64,000 nt of DNA, from positions 87,775,764 to 87,839,763 of the forward strand of contig NC_092378.1 of the NCBI RefSeq assembly GCF_030028105.1, given 5' to 3'. The stretch is from Mobula birostris. Its lineage: Eukaryota. Of this stretch, positions 1 to 13,699 are shown one piece after another. The notes beneath the pieces were generated by a model. The model ran no database searches. It was not told where the DNA came from and saw nothing but the letters and a program-made list of their open reading frames with translations. Numbering within the stretch: the first letter of the stretch is position 1; the number at the start of each line of letters is the position of its first letter. The position numbers and the translations under genes are program-made.

Positions 1-2575
1 GGGGTGGTGGCAGCAGGAAGACAAATTGGCTTCTCCTCGTCTTTCACATTAACAGTTGGATTAGTTACTTATCTGTTGATGCAGGCAGCCAGCACCGGGA
101 TTGTGTAGTATTCCCATATTCCATATGGAATTTGTTGGTCAAAATTGATTGGCTTTCCCTGTACTCTACCAATGTAACTTTCAAACTGCCACTTAGAAAT
201 AGCATTTTCTGTTTTTGCCAACAGAGTAATGCCATTTCTTCTTTATATAGTATTGAAACTCTGTTTCTAACTTTTGATGAAATTGAAAAGCTAGGGTATT
301 TTTTTTAAAGAGCAGTGGAGTTCTTTGCCAGCATTTATTGCTCAGACATTTTCTTCTGTGCAAAGCAAACATCTGGTTATAATCATATTGCTATTGTGAC
401 AGAATGTATCTAACCTAGCTTTGTTTCTTTAAACAGTGTAACAGTGACTGCATTCAACAGTACATGTACTTCATTATATGTACTCGGATGTAACATGAGT
501 TTTACAAATGTTATCCGTTTTTACGCAAGAGTGGAAAAATACAAATGTATGTCTCCCAGGCTGCTGGTGAGCCTTGCAGAACACCATTACCAAGTTGTAT
601 TGTGTAACTGTGAATATGTTACTGGTTTAAAAATAGTGAGGGGAGAGGGTTATTGACACACTAAACGTTAAGTCACAGAGGGGTATTTTGGGAATTGGCA
701 AAAGTTGATTGTATTTTCTGTTTTGTTGTTTCTTGATTGCAAATGGATTTGTAATTCTAACCTTTCACCACCTACATTTTTACTTAGTGGTAGCAGGATG
801 GCTGTGAGATTATGTGAAGAGATATTTTCATCACTAAGTCAGTGGTTGCTCTTAGCAAATAGGAAATTGATAAGTGGCAGGAATGGGAAGTTTGAGAGGT
901 AGTGTGTTTTTAAGTAACTGCTTGCAGAACCCTGTTGTGGGCAGATGCCTCTTACACACCAACTGAAATGTTAGTTTTATTTTGAACATTTAATCAGTAT
1001 GCCTGCTGATACCACACTGGAAATGAGGCAGGTTCTCATCAATATTTTTACAATCAATTCAAGTAAGTTGGCAAATGGTTGATTCAACTGTTTAGGAGGT
1101 TGAAAGTAAAAACTGCAGATATTGGAAATCTGAAAATGGTGTAGATCTGTGGTGAGAGGAACCATCAAAAAGGGCTGCAAGTACCCTGCTGAGCAGTAAG
1201 GGGGAAAAACTAATGAAAACGGTGTTAGTTCAAATGAAAGGTCATCAAAATGAAACATTTACTACTATTTGCTCACAAAATTCTGTCTGATCTGCTGAGT
1301 ATTTCTGCTGTTTTTATTTAGTTTCTACAACATAGAATTTGTGACTAAAAATACAATACCTGTGGATAAAAGCAGAATTACTTCAGCAAGTTACAGTAAT
1401 TGTGGCCAGTTGCCTTATTTAAATTCTGTACATAAAATAATCCCAACCATAATTTGAGTGGGGTGGGGATGTCCACAGTTGTTTCCACTCTAGATTGGTA
1501 ATTCTGGTATCGCTTAATGAAGTTTTTATTAATCTGAGTACGCCTGCCCAGTAGCAATGTTTTCTTCAACATGGAGATTGCCCCTTTTGATTTTGGGCTG
1601 AGGTTGAAATGTGTAGCAATTTGCTAATGAGACTTGTATTACATTTTCTAGACTGGATTGAATGTAAAATTAGTTTAGTAGCCTTAATCCAGTTAATAGT
1701 AGAAAATACATTTCATTTGGCTTTCAGAATTGACCACCTTGCTTGAAACTTTAGAAAGGAGAAATATTGTAAACTTCCAGTAGTGCTTCTGGTAGTGGTC
1801 TCCTTTGGAGGCAGAAGCCATAATTTGTGCTGTTTGGGTGGAGGAGGGCCCTCAACTTGTAGCTGGCCAGATACCTTACCTTGGAGTGTTTGACACCAAT
1901 TCCCAGGCGTAACTCAAAAAATACTTTACAAGCAGCTATTGAGGCTATTCACCGTGATGGGGAGGGGTGTTTAAATATATGCTTAAAGTAGCATAAGAAA
2001 CTATGTGTTATCAAAAGAGTGATTTAAAGAATTCTTAGATGTCAGAATAAAATCTATGATTTGGGATTTTTTGTTTGTAGAGCCCCACAATATACTTCCT
2101 GAATAATATGCTTTACCAGCTCTAACATTTTCATTAATTAAATCATGTACCACTTGGGGTTGACCTTTGGTTTGGGCACTGTAGCTGGTTTTGCCTGTGC
2201 CTTGTGGTCAGTTATTCATTTATGAGCAATGGATACCTTCTGTATGGTTGTGGGGAGGAAGGAAGAAGCTGATGACACAGGAAACATTTTGGGAGTTGTT
2301 TACAGGGAAAAAACATTTAAGTATAATTGATTCTACAAAATCTGGAAAATTAAGTGTTTGTAATCATTGTAAAATTAGCTTTGTAAACGTGCTATCTGTA
2401 TTCAATTGATAGGGGTGTTTTAATATTTGGTGCACTTTATTAAGAAACATTTGTTAAAATCTTGGCAGATTTAAAGTATTACAAAATATTAAGCAAACTG
2501 ATGGTTTACTATATATATTTACTAAGTATAAGAAATATATCTTCAATAAATTGTATAAACAAACTTTTGAAAAAG
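1..2575 (+). other. Probable 3' UTR of the upstream gene (SNX8 by synteny), ending at poly(A) signal AATAAA 2545-2550
   Basis: No credible ORF and few repeats; AT-rich; AATAAA followed ~25 nt later by a GT-rich element (gtgtgtttgttct). Gene identity is inferred only from the human order SNX8-NUDT1-MRM2-MAD1L1. Confidence 0.4.
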
Positions 2576-3406
2576 TGTGTTTGTTCTAAGAGCAAAGAGT
2601 ACAGACTATTAAAAAAAATCTAACTTGAAAAGTTTTGATAGAAGACATCACTATATTTATGGAACGTGCTGATATCATAAGACTTTATATTGCTTTCAGA
2701 CTGGGTGCTAATGCAGGCACAAAACACTGCAGATGCTGGAGTTTACAGTCCTGATGTTGGGTTTCTGTCTAAAATGTTGACAATATCATTATCCCAGATG
2801 CTGCATGGCCTATTGAGTTCCTCCAGAACATATTGACCTGGTGTTAAGTCTCTGAATTTGCAGTCCTGCCAAGGTGAAGTTCTTGAAGAGCAGAAAGGAT
2901 AAATGGGACAAACAGTATCTTGGTGTTGCAGAGTAGTGAACAGTTGAAAGGGCCAAGAAGTTGATTTTTTTTAATCTGCTGGCAATTTTAAAGGAATGGT
3001 TATTTTTATTAGCACAGAAATTGTAAAGAGGTGAAGGAGATGGTTGAGACTAGGTGAAACTGCATTAAACCTAGAGCGCAAAATTAAAAGTGGGCGGCCG
3101 AAAGCTGCAAATCCATCTCAGATTTAGAATGGAAGAACTATGTTTGTGTCACACAAATCTGCCAAGAGACATTGGTTGAGGACATTATTTCCCTTAGTGA
3201 TTTGCCTGAAAGAATAATGGAAAATGTCACCTAGCAGTGTTTTTGTTAAAATGTGTTCCATTCCATGACCAGATGGGAGAGTTTCTCCTAGTGGTACCAG
3301 TAGTATTGCCTTTCCCATATGTTGAAGGTTGGCTTACAGCTCTCTAGCCACTGAAACCATTTATTGAAAATTAGCAACAACTCTGTTACTTGGAACTGTA
3401 CCCTCA

Positions 3407-4530
3407 AACATGGGATCCAAGGAGACATTGCTTTGTGGATCAAGAAATGGCTTGCCCACAGAAGGCAAAGAGTGGTTGTAGACGGGTCATGTTCTGCCTG
3501 GAGGCCGGTGACCAGTGGTGTGCCTCAGGGATCTGTTCTGGGACCCCCACTCTTTGTGATTTTTATAAATTACCTGGATGAGGAAGTGGAGGGATGGGTT
3601 AGTAAATTTGCTGATGACACAAAAGTTGGAAGTGTGGATAGTATGGAGGGCTGTCATAGGTTACAACGGGACATTGATAGGATGCAAAACTGGGCTGAGA
3701 AGTGGCAAACAGAGTTCAACCCAGATAAGTGAGGTGGTTCATTTTGGTAGGTCAAATATGATGGCAGAATATAGCATTAATGGTAAGACTCTTGGCAGTG
3801 TGGAGGATCAGAGGGATCTTGGGGTCTGAGTCCTTAGGACACTCAAAGTTGCTGTGCAGGTTGACTCTGTCGTTAAGAAGGCATACGGTGCATTGGCCTT
3901 CATCAATTGTGGGATTGAGTTTAGGAACCGAGAGGTAATGTTGCAGCTATATAGGACCATGGTTAGACCCCACTTGGAGTACTGTGCTCAATTCTGGTCA
4001 CCTCACTACAGGAAGGACATGGAAACCATAGGAAGGGAGCAGAGGAGGTGCGTTCACCAGCAACTTTGAAGTATGTTGCAGAGGAGATTTACAAGGTTCT
4101 TGCCTGGATTGGGCGCATGCCTTATGAGAATAGGTTGAGTGAACTCGGCCTTTTCTCCTTGGAATGACAGAGGATGAGAGGTGTACAAGATAACAAGAGG
4201 CATTGATTACGTGGATAGTCAGAGGCTTTTCCCCAGGGCTGAAATGGCTGGCATGAGAGGGCAGTTTTAAGGTGCTTGGAAGTAGGTACAGAGGAGATGT
4301 CGGATAAGTTTTTTTTACACAGAGAGTGGTGAGTGCGTGGAATGGGCTGCTGGCAGCAGTGGTGGAGGCAGAAACGATAGGGTCTTTTAAGAGACTCCTG
4401 GATGGCTACATGGAGCTTAGAAAAATAGAGGGCTATGGGTAAAGCCTAGGTAGTTCTAAGGTAGGGACATGTTCGACACAGCTTTGTGGGCCAAAGGGCC
4501 TGTATTGTGCTGTATGTTTTCTATGTTTCT
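3407..4530 (+). mobile_element. 5'-truncated CR1 (HER1-like) LINE
   Basis: RT fragments [30 protein letters not shown] with stops and frameshifts; tail ttttctatgtttct. Confidence 0.9.
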
Positions 4531-6374
4531 GTTTCAAACTTAAGGGTCAGTGAACAACAGAAGTAAACTTTATTCAGATCTGTCCCTGAAAGTCTGTGGG
4601 AGGGGTGGAGGGAGTAATTGTTGCTTGTGGATGAAGACCTTGGGCTTAATGTAGAAGTTCCACGAAATGATTTTAAAATGTTACCAGAAAAAACCTTTAA
4701 TTCATATAAATGTTCCAATGTACTTTTAAGAAGCCTTTCCAAGCAAAGGTGGATACTTGGCCATTAGATATCAGTACAAGTGTTCAATGGCTTGGTTAAA
4801 GATGAGCCTTTTTAGAGGAAAGCTGAGGTTTATGGAGGAAACTCAAGAGCTTTAAGCCCAAACATCTGATGCACAATTCCTAAAAAATAGCTTTATTTAA
4901 ATCAGTGATGCACAAAGAGCAAGGATTGAGTATACACTTTGAAGGACTTAAGAGAGTGGAAAGACAGTAGTTCCCATCAGTACCTGACTTCATCAGACCA
5001 GCTCGTGTAATGTGACTGTAATGCAAGCAGCATTTCTCTAAATAACATTAGTTTGCAGTTGGAAGTGAGTTTCATAATTTGGGGAAGATGAATCTAACAA
5101 ATTTTTGATTTTTAAAAAGAACATTATCAGAGGGGAGACGCACCTAAGAGAACTCCGGAGGTTCAGTCACTGAGTACATTCAAGATTTTAATAGGAGTTT
5201 AGATATTAAGGGAGTTGAAGGGTATGGGGTTACAGCTGGTAAGTGTCAAATGTTTTTAAAATAGATTTGACATGGTTGAATGGCAAAGCAAGTGTGAGGA
5301 ACTGAATGGCCCACTATTGCTTCTATTATGTCTCAGCAATTGTTGTCCAATCCCAGAGGAATGCACTGCTGCCTTGATCTTCTGCACTGTGACAGCTGTT
5401 TTGAGGATTTCAAGAATTTATATCCGATAACAAGATATTGGGTATATTAGATATATTTTTCAATTGTGTTGAAGAGGATGAAGAATCATGAATAGCCTGG
5501 TTCCAGCATCAATACCTGTGGTGGCTCACCAATCACAACCCAACAAACCTGAAAATGACTATTCCTACTTCTTTTTTGGCTATTAATTGACCCTCAATCT
5601 ATGGCAATATATTAGTGCTGCCATCATACATTCAATTTTGTTTCATAATCTATTGTACCATTTTATCAAAGGATTTCTGAAAGACCAAATACAAAAAATA
5701 GTTCACCCTTGTCTATTCTGCTCATTACAATATTACAAAAAAAAATTATATCTGATTATCTCATTCATAAATCATTGTTGAATCTAATACAATTTTATCA
5801 GCATTTTCACAAAAATCCCTAGTTAGGGACAAGGCATGAAGCAGTAGGGGGCCAAACCTATATCAACTGCTTCCTTCCTGAATATTGCAGGTTTAATCCC
5901 TCACAAGATACAGCCAACAACAGTAATCCAACTCACTCTAATAGGCCAAAGTTGAGCTATTGCTTGCAGCCATTCAGGCAGGCTGGACAGCAGAGACTCT
6001 ACTTGACCAGAAGGCTTTATTTCATAAATTGAAGAACAGTCTAATATCTGGGAGCTGGATCAAACTGTTTTCATTGCTTGGAGACAGAATACATCAAAAA
6101 TTAACTCGTGCTTGTAGCTAGTATTTGGCTGCCTTGTTTCCCTCCATTCCATTGTAAATCACCATGAGAAAGAGAACCATAGAATTGGGAATTAATGCAA
6201 GAAAAGCCACAAGAAAAACTAATGCGCTACAAGATCTTTTGATTATTTTAAGAAGCTTAGAATCTCTTTACATGCTGACTTAATCATTCTGTGTTTTTTG
6301 TTGAGACTTGACAATGTCAGCGAGTTTTCTGCCGTCAGTTCTAGATTTGGATTGTTGACAAAAAGCTTGCTGTT

Positions 6375-6393
6375 CTACACCACCTAGTGGATA
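6375..6393 (-). promoter_or_regulatory. Candidate CTCF site
   Basis: Minus strand TATCCACTAGGTGGTGTAG matches the CTCF core CCAC(C/T)AG(G/A)(G/T)GGC with one mismatch; lies between convergent 3' ends. Confidence 0.35.
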
Positions 6394-7267
6394 GTTGTGG
6401 AGCAACAGCCAAATCAAAATACTTTTCAAAAAACGTACCTTCCTATTGAGGATTTATCATGTACGTATCTACTTTTTAAGGTTTTGTATTAGTGAATAAT
6501 TGTTCAATTAAATCAGAACATCACATTTATGAAATCCAGTAACAACCTCATTCCTCTGTATTTTATCAAAAGTTACAATTTTGCATGTTAATATGCATAT
6601 TTAGGATCCTTGTAGATGATAGGGATAATGTTTTTCATGTAGCAAGCTCCATTTATATAGTATGACGAGTGAGTGTTTAATTGTGATATTGTGTTTCTAT
6701 TGTTCCAAAGTTTCCAATTATCCAACAAACTTGTAAGTGGAGGTTGTTGAGGGTAGTGGATTTTCTTGGGTCTTTGCACGACTGTAACAGATCATTTGGT
6801 TGAAAAGAATGCCAAAATTGGATTAGCGATGAAGTTCCAACCTCCACCTAGTTGCACAATATTTGCTGAACTAAAGCTTCAAGAACAGAGCATAAATCTG
6901 GGATAAAATATGGTTGAAAGTTATCTTAGTTCAAGGTATAGATATTACAACTCTAAACAACCAGGATGGAAAATTATTGAGTTGAACAAGGAACTGCTTA
7001 ACCAGTGTTAAAAAAAGTAACTACAAACGTTTGTAATAGCTGTGATCCTTAATTAGTCCCAGAAAAGATGAACATTCTGAATAAATGATTGGAGTGTGAT
7101 GCTTGAAGTTGGGAGGACAAGCTTTCAGGGTCTCCAAACAGAATTAGAAATAATGTCATCAATTAAATTTCCAAACACAGTTTTATAAAATGTTTGGATT
7201 CAATTTAAGGTTTTCACCATAAATTAACTAATTCCAATCTCCATTTGTATACTTTTGAGTGGAAGAA

Positions 7268-7455
7268 TCAGAATCCCTTATCTGCCAAATCATCCACTTC
7301 TTTGAGTGTGTAGTCTAGAATGGTGTTATGTCCTTCAAATTTGAAATAGCCTTTGAACATTTTTCTTTGAAGCATCAGGGGGAACCAGTAGATGTCATCG
7401 GGCCACATCTCATTGAATGGGAGCTTAGCCACGTCAAACCACTGTGGTCGCATCT
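7268..7455 (-). CDS. NUDT1: NUDT1/MTH1 (8-oxo-dGTPase) last coding exon
   Basis: Acceptor tttgcag|AG; encodes (E)[53 protein letters not shown], matching the MTH1 C-terminus including WPDD; stop TGA at 7268. Confidence 0.95.
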
Positions 7456-8848
7456 CTGCAAAGGAAAGATGAGGTTGTCATTGCTGAACAATTCATATTA
7501 AATTAAAAAAAAACAGAAGAGGGATTCAAAAATTAAAAAAAAGTTGAGTGACTGTTCAGCAGCAGTTCTTATATCATGTACTTTACAAAGTGATACCAGA
7601 TTAAAAACAGCACATGAGATATTAGAACAGTTCCCAAAGTAATTAATTTTAAGTAGCATCTCCAGGAAGAGAAAGTCACAGTGATTTGAAAAAAGAACCA
7701 TAATAAGTTGGAGACATGACTGATCATGGTAGATGGAGAAAATCAGGAATCCAAGAGGCCAGAAAAGCAGCAGTGGAAATCTTGGAGGACTGGAGTTGAG
7801 AAAGTTGGAGAGAGAATGTGGGAACACAGAAAATGCTGGAGGGATTCAGTAGGTTAGGCAGCATCTATGGAGGGAAATAAACAGTTGACATTCCCCTTCC
7901 CCACCACCTTATTCTGGTTTCTGCCCACTTCCTTTCCAGCCCTGAAGTTAGAATAAGAAGGTGGGGGAGGGATTATGATATGAGAAGTTGGGAGGTGATA
8001 GATTTAGGTGGTAAAGGGTTGAAGAAGAAATAATCTGAAAGGACAGGAATAAGGGCCATTTATAATGAAAATATTTTTAAATTTGCCCCTTGATCTTTCT
8101 GATCAGCAGAAAGAGATATTTGCAAACAAAGCAGGCACTGTACACACGTTCAAGATTATAATTACTTCATTTGAATATAAAGAATAAATACAAAAAGAAA
8201 GAAAAATGGGTAATGAAGTAGTAAAAGAGACAAAACAATACTTAACAACTAATCTCTAAGCCGCGCTACAAATATACTGCCAGAAAGAACCATGGTACTG
8301 ACAGTCTCTCTGTCCTTGCCTCGATTTCTGGCTATTAGCACTAGTCATGACGCTGCTGAAGAGAAGATACCCGGTAGCACAAATTACCCTTCAGAACTTC
8401 TTATCCTAATTTTCCCATGGGGCAGTGATGGGCGCCTGCAGAATCATACTCCCTTTCTCAGACAAACATGTTTTCCACCATTATCCACTCTCAGGTCTAT
8501 AGACTAGTTCTCATACCAAGTTCTCAAAATGTTGTTGTGGACTCGTCCCTTTTTACTTTTTCAAAACATTCTCACATTTTGTCTTACAAACATCCATTTT
8601 CTGTTACACATTTTAGCATATACCACGCAGGAATCAATTATAACTCTTTCTTTACATTAAGGAATAAAGGGAAGAAGGAGGGTAACCAAAGGGATGGGCA
8701 TGGGGGGGGTTGGAAGTTTGGAGATGTGAGAAGGGGGTCATCAATGGGGAATCCTTGTCAACATGTGAGATTAGGCAAAGGAAGTAACTGAGTTCATTGT
8801 CTCTTAAAAAAAACATGATCAATGATCTATTCATGAAGCAATTATTAC

Positions 8849-8994
8849 CTTCTGATTCAACGGGTTCCCCTTGGTAACTGTCTGTACGGAATATGTGAAC
8901 ATCTAGGAGTTCAGTCTCACCGACAAATTCAAAGCGGATCTGTCCAATTTTTTCCAAGCTCTGTACAGTCAGACTACTTTCCTCAAATAACTCC
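8849..8994 (-). CDS. NUDT1: NUDT1 middle coding exon (146 nt)
   Basis: ctttag|G...GAAG|gtaata; encodes (R)[48 protein letters not shown], second half of the Nudix box; phases match both neighbouring exons. Confidence 0.95.
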
Positions 8995-9798
8995 CTAAAG
9001 AAGATGAAAAGAATTTGGGGAATATGCACCATACAATACTGGCATCTCATTTGAGTGAATAAATAATTATCTGCCAGTAAGAGGACTCAGATTTCAGAAT
9101 ACTGGGAAAAAGACCAGAAAGTGATTTTGACAATTAAAAAAAAAAATTATACAATGTGGTGTCATGATCTGACAGAAGCAGATTCACCTGGACAAATAAA
9201 TGTGGAGAAAGATTAGTGCAAGTGAGACTAATTTTTAGACCTTTTAAAAAGGCAGCACAGACTTGATTCCTCCTACAGAGAAAGCAGTGGAGACTACCTC
9301 AGTAAATATATTTAAGACAAGGTTGGATGGATTTTTGCACTGTAGGGTAATTAAGGGTTATGGGGAAAAGGCAGATAGGTGGAGGTGAGTCCATGGCCAG
9401 ATCAGCCATGATCTTATTGAATGGTGGAGCAGGCTTGATGGGCCAGATGGCCTACTCCTGTTCCTATTTCTTAAGATCTTATGTTCTTTATAATTATTCT
9501 GTGAACTGAGCAGGGCTTTTAATAAATACCCTTGTTACATTTATACCTGAGGTGGAATATCAGTTAGGATAGTCACTATTAATTACTGGCTGGAGATTCA
9601 AATTGCAAAAAAAAACAAAACACATTCCTGGATCATGAAAGGACTTGCTTTACTTGTGATGCCTTTTCTCATTAAAAATTGCTGTTGGTCTTGGAGATAT
9701 AGTGAACGAATGCTTGTTTGAGGAATTTTGCCTCAACCAGAGTCAAGTTCCTTGGGTTGCAGACGTGAAATACTTAATGAAAAGCTTAAAAAACTTAC

Positions 9799-9950
9799 CT
9801 CTTTGCTCCTTCCTCTATGGTTTCTCCAGGCATCAGTTTTCCTCCAAACCCATTCCATCGTCCGGCCCCGAATCCCCGCTTCTTCATCCCCAGAAGGATC
9901 TGCTGCTGCTTTACCACCATCACAAGAGTCAACAGTTTCACCGTGACCAT
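9799..9950 (-). CDS. NUDT1: NUDT1 first coding exon (exon spans 9799-9977)
   Basis: ATG at 9950; [51 protein letters not shown]; donor AG|gtaagt; acceptor ttcttccag at 9978. Total CDS 152+146+188=486 nt, 161 aa. Confidence 0.95.
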
Positions 9951-10149
9951 TTTTCACATCAATGGCTGTTCAATGACCTGGAAGAAATGGGTAGAAAACA
10001 GCTTTGGTATGCAAATGTCCAACGACTTGTATTTCCACAGCGCATTTAATGCAGTAAAATGTCCCAAGGTGTCACAAGCATAATTAAGACACCAAAAAAA
10101 CCCAGTAAAATAACAAAAAAGCTTAATCAGAGACAGGATTTTACAAACG

Positions 10150-11470
10150 TAGAACAGTAAAGCAGAGGAAAAGGCCCTTCTGCCTACAGTTCCATTCCTT
10201 TATAATTCAGTTAGTAATGAAATGTCCAACTAAATTAATCCCTTCAGCAACACAATGTCTATATCCTTATTCATGGGCCTTTTGAACACCTCGATATACT
10301 TGCCTCCACAACCAGGTCAGGAAGCACTGCCCATTCTGTTTGAAAGACTTGCCCCATACATCTCTTTTGAACTTGCAGCTCTCACCTGAAATGCATGCCC
10401 TCTGGTATTAAGACATTTCAAAAGATATTGTTGTCACTGTCTTTCATAATCTTTCTCTTCAGTCTCTGCCACTCCAGAGAAAACTCAAGATTTTCCCAAC
10501 CTCTCCTCATGGCACCTGCCCTCTCTAGTCCAGACAGCATCCTAGTAAACTTCTGCACCTTCTCCAAAACCTTCATATCCTTCCTATAACAGGCATCCAG
10601 AATTGAATGCAATATTCCAGATGCAGCCTAACTAGAGATGTATTAACCTGCAACATAAATTCCTGTCTCAACTTCAATTCCTTGACTAATAAAGACATGC
10701 ATGCACATACCTTCTTTACCTATCTACTTTCAGGGAGCCATGTAGCTGGACCCCAAGATTATTCTATACATCAATGTTGTTAATGGGTCTTGCCTTTAAC
10801 AGTGTACTATTCTACACTGGGGTGTCCAGGGAGGGGTATCGCCTCTGGTGAATGGTCTCATTGTGTCCATTCTGGGAAACTCACTTACCTGTGGACCCCA
10901 CTGGACACTCAGCTCTCACCAGTGGCTCCAATTAGCTGTTTGCATGCGACAGAGGCCACATCCCGAGATAGGGCCATACCCACCCTAAGCAGTGAAGTCA
11001 GCTCCGATGGACTTGGCAGATGAGATCTACAGTGAGATCCAATGGCCAGGAAGGTGGTACTACAACACCAAAGGGCATGACAAGGCGCAGCAGACATCAT
11101 GGTCATCCTCTGCAACCAAGGAAGGCCCCAGTTTGTGACGCTTGTTGGTACCACTGGACCCAGACTTCTGAGGTTGAGAGTGGAACTGCCTCAGTGCAGT
11201 GGCTTTTCCACTTTGAAAACTTTCCTGCACAGGTTTCCTGTCATCGTCAGACAACCACCATCCTCCTACATTTGATTTTCCAAAGTGCAATACTTTATAT
11301 TTGGCTGGATAAATTCCATCTGCCATTTCTCCACCCGTATCTGCAACTGATCTATATCCTGCTGTAACCTTTGCCAATTCTCTATGCTATCCACAACAGC
11401 ACCAATCTTCTTATCATCTGCAAACTTACTAATCAGCACACCTATGTTCTCATCCAGGTCATTTACATAG
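10150..11470 (-). mobile_element. Degraded CR1 LINE interrupted by a ~450 bp SINE-like insert (~10812-11260, possibly RTE-related)
   Basis: CR1 peptide fragments (YRKDMKVLEKVQKFTRML; KYKVLHFGKSN) flank a GC-richer unrelated block. Confidence 0.65.
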
Positions 11471-12274
11471 CGGGGATTCTGGTTAATTTGGCCATCAGTT
11501 AATTGGGGCAGCTGCTTATTTGGGACAATTCCAAAACAAAAAACACTACTCGAGAAAGTACCTGGAATTCTCTTCAGTCATTTGGGACACTACACCATTT
11601 AATTGGGACAGGAGACTGTTGCCGAACAGTTTCTAACTAGCATCAGTCGCGTGCACTTTCATATCTGTTAGACACTACAGTACTTAGAACTAACAGTTTT
11701 TAAATAGCATTAGTTGCATGTGTTTGTGTTCAAAAAGCAGTGATTTTTGTCACTGATAGTTGGTGAGAAATAAGCCGTAATTCAGAACTGTTTTGCTCAC
11801 TGCAATTTCAAGCATTCAAGCTTGCTTGGAGATGCCAGAAACAGTCAGAAAATTAAACAATTTCACTACTAGGAAGAATTTGAAGGCATCGAAAATCATC
11901 TTGAATGTTACAATGAAAATTTGGAAGATATAGTTGTCAAAAGCATTTTATGAAGGCAGTCCATTATCTGCATTAGGCATTTGCGCTAATTTTGTTCATT
12001 CACAATCAATCAAAAGAATATGGGAGTGTAGAACAGATGAAATCCTCTATTGATAATTATTAGGAACCAATACACCAGTACTGTAGTCGTATTGGTAATG
12101 TTCTAATTAGTTCTGTATTACTTTTTAAAGTAAAATGTGTTACTCAGTTAAATGAGCTTGTCTTTTTTAATATACCTTTAACTATTTCCATGAAACTTTG
12201 GCTAATTGGGGCAGTCACTTAACTGAGCCAAAATGTACTGGTCTTGATGTGTCCCAATTATCCAGAGTTCACTG
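11471..12274. mobile_element. Non-autonomous DNA transposon (MITE, Tigger-like termini)
   Basis: Imperfect TIRs cggggattctggttaatt ... aattatccagagttcactg; a second, split copy occurs at ~51480-51640 plus ~58380-58815. Confidence 0.65.
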
Positions 12275-13172
12275 TGCACAGTATCAAACAGCAGAGGCCC
12301 CACTCTGCATATGCAGCCACAGACCTCCAGCCTGAATAAGTCTCATCTATCTCTACCCTCTTTCTCCTATGGGCAAGTGAATTCTGAATCCAAATAGTCA
12401 TTTCACTGTATATCCCATGATTCTTCATCTTTTGTTGAAGTATCTTGAAGGAAGAGCAAGAGAGACTGGGATTTAGGATGGAGGTTGTAGAGCTGAAAGC
12501 CCCATAGTTTGAGGAATGAATAATTCTCAAAGACTACAGCACCACAGGAAGTACTTTTAGAGTGAGAGCAAATTCAATCAGCCTCTACAAAAATGCAATT
12601 CAACAACTTCGATGGGCAACTTTGTCAAAAAAAAAACCTCCCTACAGACATCCTGGAAGCAGGAGAGGGAAAGGTACAAAACAGTCCTAATATTGCATCT
12701 TTCAAGACTATAGGACATGCTAGGAGGCTAGTCCAGAGACATGACTTAGAAATGTAGTAGTATTGGAGACGGCTATCTTTTTGGATGCAATTTTAAACTA
12801 AGGCTCTTGATTTAGTGTTTGCTGGTGTTCTGCACAATATTTGTTCTCTATCCAGAATTACTAAAACAAGAGGAGGTCTTGGGGGTTATCACGTTGTTAG
12901 TTTAAGTAATTTTACACACAGATTTCCTACAACGGAGACCAGGCATTAAAATAAGACATGATTGGGCACGAATAACTTACTGCTCTTGCTTACAGGCTGG
13001 CTGTCAAGTGCTTTGGCACGACCTGACCTTAAGCCAAGATTAAGTTACATGAATTGGGTCAATTTCCCCTGCACCAGGAACAGTGGATTCCGGTGAAGAG
13101 CCGGGCTTCTGCTGGATGAACGGTTACAATGAGACGGACCTGAGACCTCCGATGTGTCTGTGTGGATCCTGT

Positions 13173-13613
13173 CTGTCTGTATCTTGTTTTACGGCGGTTG
13201 GCATCCAGCTTAATGGTGCATTACCGCCACCCTCTGCTCCAGAATGTGCACTAGACATACATTCTAAATCCCTTCACCCAATCGCACACAATCTCACTCA
13301 CACACACACACACATATATATACAAACCTACACTTCACCCTCCCATCTTTGACCATCCTAGTATCCTATTCCTGTTTATTCGTCATATTCTATAAAAATC
13401 CCCTGTACCCCTTAAAAACGCTAAAAATACCCGGACTTGTGCTCTCTCACCCATGCCCAGCAACCCTTTTAATGTGAATTCCTGCATCCCCAACTCCCTT
13501 AATTTATTTCTCATCATCTCTCTCTGTATCCCATACTTCCTGCAACTCAGAACTACATGTTCTACTGACTCCTCTTCCTGACATTCCTCACACAATCCTG
13601 TCTGGTGTTTTCC
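13173..13613 (-). mobile_element. 3' fragment of I/Nimb-clade LINE with 15-bp target-site duplication
   Basis: C-terminal CCHC knuckle CEECQEEESVEHVVLSC; (CAGA)n tail; perfect direct repeats ctgtgtggatcctgt at 13158-13172 and 13614-13628. Confidence 0.8.
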
Positions 13614-13699
13614 CTGTGTGGATCCTGTGAGTGACCATGTGCTATAGGCCTCTATAATCACATTGAAGTTGTGTGGACATAGCGGTTAGTATACCGCTC

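Noticed and set aside
9733-9957. 74-aa minus ORF from the track as the NUDT1 N-terminus
   Set aside because: Wrong frame; the MTH1-like reading starts at ATG 9950 and splices at 9799.
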